In this document: positions 58,289-64,000 of the stretch, one piece after another | Layout: each line of letters begins with the position of its first letter | Numbering within the stretch: position 1 is the first letter of the stretch | Origin: Polyangiaceae bacterium | Lineage (GTDB): Bacteria > Myxococcota_A > Polyangia > Polyangiales > Polyangiaceae | Length of the DNA: 64,000 nt | Reading direction: 5' to 3' | Assembly: GCA_033763455.1 (NCBI GenBank) | Contig: JANRKO010000045.1 | Span: 1 to 64,000 of the forward strand | Made by a program: the position numbers and the translations under genes | The notes under the pieces: model-generated | Database searches by the model: none | What the model was told of the DNA's origin: nothing | Seen by the model: only the letters and a program-made list of their open reading frames with translations

Positions 58289-59743
58289 ATGGCGATAGCT
58301 CAAGGCAGCTGCCCTAATTGCGGCGCCCCCATCCAATTCACGCTTGGTTCTTCGTTCGCCAAAGTTTGCGAATTCTGTAACTTTACCGTTGTTCGGACGG
58401 ACAGGGGCTTTGAGCACCTCGGCAAGGTAGCTGCCATTGCCAACACCCCTTCGCTCATCGCCGTCGGCGACGAAGGCACCCTTGGGGGGCGCCCATTCAA
58501 GGTGCTCGGCCGCGTCCAGCTAGACCATGGCCTCGGGCCTTGGGATGAATATTACGTTGCGCTCAACGGCGGAGCCTATTGGGGCTGGCTTGCGTATGCA
58601 GAGGGCGAATGGCTGCTCACCTACGCGGCTCCGGGAGTCCCTGGGCCACCCTTTAATAGCCTGCGCATAGAGCAAGATGTAACCCTAGGCGACGCGGGCC
58701 GCTTTCGCGTCGTTGAAATCAAGACTGGCACCATTGTGTCAGCCGAGGGCGAGCTTCCCGAACGTACGTTGCCAGGCACCGTACGCTACTACGCCGATCT
58801 CTGGGGCCCCGAGCGCCGCTTCGCGACCCTCGACTACGGGGCTGAGCAGGGCGCGGCAGAAGCGTATATCGGCTGGAGCCTCCTCGAAGCTGAACTACAG
58901 GTTAGCGCTGGAGGGCCCCGCACCGTAAGCAAAGTCAAAGCCACGAGCATGGTTTGCCCCAATTGCGGTGGCAACGTGCCCAAGTTAAGTGGTGACCGCG
59001 CGCAGCGTCTCGGTTGTCCATATTGCGGCGCCATTTCAGACATTGCCAGCCAGAAGATTGTGGCGGCACAGGAAGTTGCCGCTCAACAACCCACCATCCC
59101 GGTCGGCTCCACCGGCACGTTGTTCGGCATCCGCTACACATGCTCAGCGTATCTCCGGCGCGGGACAAGCTTCGAAGGAGAGCCCTACAGCTGGGAAGAG
59201 TACCTACTCTTCGCCGAAGGCTTAGGGTTTCGCTGGCTCGTGAACGATCCGGAAAGTGGCTGGGCATTCGTCTCCCCAGTAAACCCGGCAGAGATCGACC
59301 TCGCTGGCAGCCCCCGCGCCATCGCCTGGCAAGGGCATAATTATCGGCAAAAATACACCAACACGGTGCGGGTCGAATACGTGCTCGGCGAAGTGTATTG
59401 GCTCTGTAGCGCCGGAGAAGAAACGCGCTCCACGGACTACACGGTGGGCTCGTTCACCCTTTCACGGGAGGAATCCCCCGGGGAGGTCCGCTACTCGGCT
59501 TCAAAACCCATCGCCTGGGGCGTCGTAGCTCAGGCCTTCGGCTTGCCCCTGGAGCGAGAGGGCGGCAAGAGCAGTGGTGGCACCAGCGGCGGCTCGGGCA
59601 GCGGCGGTACCGAGCTTTCCGGCTCTGCCATCGCGTTCGTCATCATCGTAATAGTGCTCATCATCGTCATCTCCGCCCTCTTCGACGACGATCCCGTTTC
59701 GGGGGTCACTCGGGGCTCTGGGGTCTTCCTCGGTGGGAAGTAG
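58289..59743 (+). CDS. DUF4178 domain protein with zinc ribbons and a C-terminal TM helix
   Basis: CPNCGA...CEFC and CPNCGG...CPYCG; WDEY/WEEY repeats; TM helix, then a GGK terminus. Confidence 0.88.
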   Translation: MAIAQGSCPNCGAPIQFTLGSSFAKVCEFCNFTVVRTDRGFEHLGKVAAIANTPSLIAVGDEGTLGGRPFKVLGRVQLDHGLGPWDEYYVALNGGAYWGWLAYAEGEWLLTYAAPGVPGPPFNSLRIEQDVTLGDAGRFRVVEIKTGTIVSAEGELPERTLPGTVRYYADLWGPERRFATLDYGAEQGAAEAYIGWSLLEAELQVSAGGPRTVSKVKATSMVCPNCGGNVPKLSGDRAQRLGCPYCGAISDIASQKIVAAQEVAAQQPTIPVGSTGTLFGIRYTCSAYLRRGTSFEGEPYSWEEYLLFAEGLGFRWLVNDPESGWAFVSPVNPAEIDLAGSPRAIAWQGHNYRQKYTNTVRVEYVLGEVYWLCSAGEETRSTDYTVGSFTLSREESPGEVRYSASKPIAWGVVAQAFGLPLEREGGKSSGGTSGGSGSGGTELSGSAIAFVIIVIVLIIVISALFDDDPVSGVTRGSGVFLGGK

Positions 59744-61283
59744 CTCGCACAGGCCTCCGCGCGCGGAACACGAGACGGCGCTGGTGGTCACCCGCTTAGG
59801 GGTTCCACTTGTGTGCCTGTTGCCCGTGGCGGCTTTCGAAACGTTGATTCGAGTACCAGGGCTACACCTCGATCCGGGACTCCCCACAGACTCGGTTCAC
59901 TATTTGTGGGTGCTCGGAGCAAGCTTCGTGTTTGCAATGGCCGCTTCGTGGTGGCTCCCAATCCGTTACCTGTGGCTGCCAGTGTGGCTGGGAGTAGCTG
60001 CCATTTTCTGCGGATTATCAGGGCTCTTTTGGCACACCTGGGTGTCACATTCCGAGCTATTCGTGTTGTGGTTCGTCTATGCGCTGCTCGGCGGCACCGT
60101 GTTCGGAATGGGTAGCGCGCTCGCGTTGAAGTTTCTCCGCGTGGCGCTCGCGGCAGCGATCTTGGAACGAGTGCTGGGCCCCTTCCGACTTGGCTTGGCA
60201 CTCGGTGGCACCGTTCTAAGTATTGTTATCTTGCAGCAACTCGGCCCTCTACGTGCCGGAGTGGTGGTTGGCCTTCTGCTCACAGCCACTAGCCTCACCG
60301 CTCTCGGCACACTGAAGAGGCTCGAACAACTCCCGGTCCCCGGAGCTCGCTTCCCCCCCCTGGCTTTGGTTCTGCACTTTTGCGCGGGCATTCCGAGCCT
60401 TTGGTTGCTCGAAGCGTGGGTGCCAAGGGTTGAGCTTAGCAAGCACGAGAACACTGTGCTTCTACATCGCACCTCTACTCGAGGTACGACGACGCTAACG
60501 GCTGGCGAACGACAATTTCAGGTGTTTACCGATGGCCTACTTCGCGTCTCTTCGCTCGATGAGGCGCGGTACTTCGAGAGCCTCGTACACCCCGCTATGG
60601 CGCTCCGCGAAAAGCCCCAAAACGTGTTGCTCATTGCTTCTGGGGAGCCACTTTCCGCCCGAGAAATCCTGCGTTATCGAAGCGTGCGGGAGCTCTGGTT
60701 GGTGCCCGAACACCCAGAGCTTCTGGAGCTTTCTCGCCAGGTGCGCTGGCTCACCCTGAAGAGCGAGGGTGCCCTTTTGGACCCACGGGTTCGGGTTGTG
60801 GATCAGGAGGCCCTAGTGTGGCTCACCCAAACCGACCAACGCTTCGATGTGATCATCGTCGACGCCTCCGATCCTCACGACTACGTCGCCGGCAAATACA
60901 CCACCCACTTCTTCTTTGAGATGCTGAGAGCGCACCTGCATCCGAAAGGGCTCCTGGCACTCCAAGCTACCTCTTCAAGATCACCACCCAACGTTCTTCT
61001 AGATCTAGTGGCAACCTCTCGCTCTCTGGGCTTCACAACGCTCGCGTATAACGCCGCCGTTCCGACGCTCGGGCTCTGGAATTTCCTTCTAGCGAGCCCC
61101 AATGCTCAAGCCCTCGCAAGCACCCCCGAGAGCCTTCCGCGGGGTCTCACGTATTTGGATGCCCCCACTCTGAACATTCTGCTGGGAGAAGCACGTCGGC
61201 ATTCCAAGCATCTTGGCGGCGGTGAAATCAGCTACTTGCATCGGCAGACGGTGGTAGCGGCTCTGCTTGGTGAGCAGCACTAG
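59733..61283 (+). CDS. membrane-fused spermidine synthase-like (polyamine aminopropyltransferase) protein with degenerate motifs
   Basis: Multi-TM N-terminus; SSLDEARYFESLVHPAM, LLDPRVRVV, FDVIIVDASDP, VPTLGLWNF. Confidence 0.8.
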   Translation: MGSSSHRPPRAEHETALVVTRLGVPLVCLLPVAAFETLIRVPGLHLDPGLPTDSVHYLWVLGASFVFAMAASWWLPIRYLWLPVWLGVAAIFCGLSGLFWHTWVSHSELFVLWFVYALLGGTVFGMGSALALKFLRVALAAAILERVLGPFRLGLALGGTVLSIVILQQLGPLRAGVVVGLLLTATSLTALGTLKRLEQLPVPGARFPPLALVLHFCAGIPSLWLLEAWVPRVELSKHENTVLLHRTSTRGTTTLTAGERQFQVFTDGLLRVSSLDEARYFESLVHPAMALREKPQNVLLIASGEPLSAREILRYRSVRELWLVPEHPELLELSRQVRWLTLKSEGALLDPRVRVVDQEALVWLTQTDQRFDVIIVDASDPHDYVAGKYTTHFFFEMLRAHLHPKGLLALQATSSRSPPNVLLDLVATSRSLGFTTLAYNAAVPTLGLWNFLLASPNAQALASTPESLPRGLTYLDAPTLNILLGEARRHSKHLGGGEISYLHRQTVVAALLGEQH

Positions 61284-61980
61284 AAGCGGGCCCTTTGCCG
61301 AACCGCAGTGCAATCCCCAAAAAGGCGCGCCCTGCATAAAGCGCATTGACCGCTACATATGGATACAAATACAGCTCCATTTTCCCAAGGAGCGCACCTA
61401 TCCAAATGTACGAAGGGTAATGGATCAACCAATGCCCTAGAGTTTCAGCCAAGCCCACCACACGGCGACTGAGCGAACGCTCGCCAACTCCAACTGGTGC
61501 GGCGGGCGCAATCTCAGGGCGCCGCAAAAATGAGGTCATCCCGATCCCCGAGGCGAGGCACATTAGCCCGAACAGCCCAAGTAGCAATACATTCGGATCC
61601 GCTCGATCCCAAAACAAGCGCACGGTAACGGCCGCGAGCACCATGAATGCCTTGAGCTCATCCATCAAAAAATCGAGAAGGTGGCCCTGAATGGACTGCA
61701 CATTGCGCAGGCGTGCGAGCATGCCGTCCACGCAGTCCAAAATGTACGAAAGCTGGTACACGCCAATCGCCAAAACCAACCCGAAGGTGCCTGGGACAAA
61801 GAGCATGAGGCCAGCGGAGGCCGCGCACACCACCACCGCCATGAGCGTCACCTGGTTCGGTGTGATCCTGGTTTTGGCCAACCACCACACGAGCACCGCG
61901 CCGAGGGGCCGGCACACGTAAGAATTCCAGGGCAGATCTCTGAGCTTCTTGGTGCGGTGGTAGATTTGGATCGGGTTCAC
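61228..61980 (-). CDS. CDP-alcohol phosphatidyltransferase
   Basis: ITPNQVT; DCVDGMLAR...GHLLDFLMDE motif; start set at GTG 61980. Confidence 0.92.
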   Translation of the reverse strand: MNPIQIYHRTKKLRDLPWNSYVCRPLGAVLVWWLAKTRITPNQVTLMAVVVCAASAGLMLFVPGTFGLVLAIGVYQLSYILDCVDGMLARLRNVQSIQGHLLDFLMDELKAFMVLAAVTVRLFWDRADPNVLLLGLFGLMCLASGIGMTSFLRRPEIAPAAPVGVGERSLSRRVVGLAETLGHWLIHYPSYIWIGALLGKMELYLYPYVAVNALYAGRAFLGIALRFGKGPASSAAHQAEPLPPSADASS

Positions 61981-62138
61981 GCGCGGCAAGCCTCGCACGC
62001 GCGAGCTTGGACGTGCAAAATCCCCGAGCACACTCCCACCTCCTAGCCAATCCTCGGCACTTTCGTGGGGTTTTCGCCAGAGCTTTGCCAAAGGGTTGGG
62101 GGTTGGCCCCGGGTTGAGCTATCTGAACCGCCGAAAAC

Positions 62139-62801
62139 ATGCCGGCTTCATCCGCTGCCTCCCCGAGCACCAGCCCCAACAAGGGACCGCGACCCGCCAC
62201 GAAGCGCCCGCTTCAAGACTTCCCGGAAGTAATCGGCGGAAGGTTCTGGATAGCTCTCGCCCTGCTGCTCAGCATGTCGTTTGTGCCCTACTGCGAGCCT
62301 CTGCGACGCGCCATCGACAAGCAGGGCCCTCCGGCACTGAACCCGGCGGACTGGAAGGTGGGCACTACCCACACGATCAAGCTTACGGTTGTTACAGCCG
62401 ACTACGAGCACCTGGATTGCGCCTATCCCAGCGCCATAGAAGGCAAACACTGCTCCTACAAGACGCAGACCGAAACCTGGCCGCGCCGGCCCGGCGAACC
62501 GCTCGATAACAACAAGCTCGACATCATTCAGCCTTACCGCACCTGGCCCGATAACTTGCTCCTTGCTGTGTCCAACCTTTGGACCTTCCCAGATGTCGCG
62601 ATGCGCCTGCACAACGAGCCACCTGCCAATATCCCGAAAGAAAAATTGGGGCGCTTCGTGGCTCAGTGCGAAGTGAAGTTCATCGGTGAATTCGACCGCC
62701 CGCACTTGCGCTGGTTCAAGACGTCCCCCTGGGGCCAAGAAGGCGGCAAAGTGCCCGTGGGTAATGCCGTAAACTGCAAGATCGTTCCTGACGATCTGTA
62801 A
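62139..62801 (+). CDS. hypothetical membrane-anchored protein
   Basis: TM FWIALALLLSMSFVPY; host-like codon usage; directly upstream of pgpA. Confidence 0.75.
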   Translation: MPASSAASPSTSPNKGPRPATKRPLQDFPEVIGGRFWIALALLLSMSFVPYCEPLRRAIDKQGPPALNPADWKVGTTHTIKLTVVTADYEHLDCAYPSAIEGKHCSYKTQTETWPRRPGEPLDNNKLDIIQPYRTWPDNLLLAVSNLWTFPDVAMRLHNEPPANIPKEKLGRFVAQCEVKFIGEFDRPHLRWFKTSPWGQEGGKVPVGNAVNCKIVPDDL

Positions 62802-62802
62802 G

Positions 62803-63288
62803 GTGGGGGCTCAGGTGCCGGCCCCTATCGCTGCTCGCGCTCTTGCGACTTGGTTCGGCTGTGGGCTCTCGCCCAAGGCGCCTGGAACCGTCGGGTCGAT
62901 CGGGACCTTGCCGCTGTATTTTGGGCTGAAGCTTCTGCCTTGGCCTGCTTACCTTGCTGCGGTGGTAGTGCTAACGGGGCTCGGGGTGTGGGCCTCCCAA
63001 CGTTACGCCGAAGCAGCACAGGAAGAAGATCCGCAGCGTGTCGTGATAGACGAAGTTGTCGGCACTTTGCTGGCTCTCGGCATGGTGGCGTCGTTTGGCA
63101 TCGTGGCCGAAGCGTGTGCCTTCGTGCTCTTTCGATTGCTCGACATCACGAAGCCAGGCCCGATCGACACCGTGCAAAACTTGAAACCTGTTGGTGTGGG
63201 CGTCATGGCTGACGATGTCTTGGCCGGGCTTGGGGCGGGAGCGCTGACCTACGGATTCGCAACGCTGCTTCACACCTTTACGGTTTGA
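62803..63288 (+). CDS. pgpA: phosphatidylglycerophosphatase A
   Basis: G.GLSPKAPGTVGS, DPQRVVIDEVVG, FRLLDITKP, GVMADDVLAG. Confidence 0.95.
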   Translation: MGAQVPAPIAARALATWFGCGLSPKAPGTVGSIGTLPLYFGLKLLPWPAYLAAVVVLTGLGVWASQRYAEAAQEEDPQRVVIDEVVGTLLALGMVASFGIVAEACAFVLFRLLDITKPGPIDTVQNLKPVGVGVMADDVLAGLGAGALTYGFATLLHTFTV

Positions 63289-64000
63289 AATCTTTGGCGT
63301 CAGGGCCTAGCAACGTTCCGCACAGAGTGCGGCACTTTTTGTCTTTGGGCTTGCACAGGCAATCCGGGTGCTCTTCTTTGAGCTTCAACAGGGCCTGATA
63401 TTGCTCACGCGTGAAGCCGGCGCTTTTCTCGACGCGTTTAAAATCCCAACCCTCTTTGATCTGTTTCGGTGTTCGAGGATCGGTCGGAGCGGCATCTGCC
63501 TCCGCACAGCAGCGAAACCCTAGGAAATAGTAATAGAAGTCCTCGTTGTGCGTGTAGATCTTCGGGCGGCATTGGTTGCGCACCCCTTTGTACCAAGGCC
63601 CGCCCGTGTGCACGCTGTCGAATTTGCCCCGAAAATCGTCCGAATACGTTTCGCTGGATACCACGTCGTCCGTGTTGCCGGGCAAATCATACACCCCAAA
63701 GTCGCTGACACATTGAGGCTGGCTTCCGTTGCGCACCCCCTTCCACAAGCGCGAGAGCTCTTGTTCATCACGTTGGGCAACCTTGGGCATCTTCGGCGAA
63801 TCCCACGGCATATCACCATGGCACTTTTTGGTATCTCGTTCGTACCCGTAGGGGAAAGGTTTCATCTCCTGGCCTTCACAGGCAAACGTCCACTCGCTTT
63901 CCGTGCACATGCGCTTGCCCACAGCCGCACACTTCACTTCGGCCTGGTGAAAGCGGTTCATTACCTCGGGCCGCTCACCCACTTTGTTTGGCCACGCATA
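63278..64000 (-). CDS. FGE-sulfatase (SUMF1) domain protein, 5' end outside the window
   Basis: KRMCTESEWTFACEG, FGVYDLPGN, GGPW, LGFRCC. Confidence 0.85.
   Translation of the reverse strand, partial: YAWPNKVGERPEVMNRFHQAEVKCAAVGKRMCTESEWTFACEGQEMKPFPYGYERDTKKCHGDMPWDSPKMPKVAQRDEQELSRLWKGVRNGSQPQCVSDFGVYDLPGNTDDVVSSETYSDDFRGKFDSVHTGGPWYKGVRNQCRPKIYTHNEDFYYYFLGFRCCAEADAAPTDPRTPKQIKEGWDFKRVEKSAGFTREQYQALLKLKEEHPDCLCKPKDKKCRTLCGTLLGPDAKDFKP

Overview
Mostly core-genome segment of a myxobacterium, most likely Polyangiaceae/Sorangiineae-like, judged from the AglRQS-type motor genes, a CdbA/B-family RHH gene, RCC1-repeat lipoproteins and FGE-sulfatase proteins (GC roughly 60% by eye). The window opens inside the 3' end of a group II intron (domains V and VI, 64-137). 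The intron's terminal AT supplies the first two bases of the ATG of an uncalled 46-aa basic ORF upstream of clpS-clpA. Next come two divergent TolQ/TolR/TolR-type proton-channel operons (one aglRQS-like), two SWIM-SNF2 helicases, mreBCD-mrdA-rodA, a tandem-RRM protein, pepP, a fused 2-oxoacid dehydrogenase E1, an M16 peptidase pair, a REC-GAF-PAS-PAS-HisKA protein lacking an ATPase domain, an ECF sigma factor and slyD. A block of secreted proteins follows (C-type lectin, RCC1 repeats), then a sensor-less degenerate histidine kinase, cdbA/B, ctpA, a repeat-rich intergenic region, glpA/glpB-like genes, a DUF4178 + degenerate SpeE-like pair and phospholipid genes. No tRNA, rRNA, CRISPR array, transposase or integrase was recognised. 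All protein calls come from motifs read by eye and remembered family features; no database search was run.
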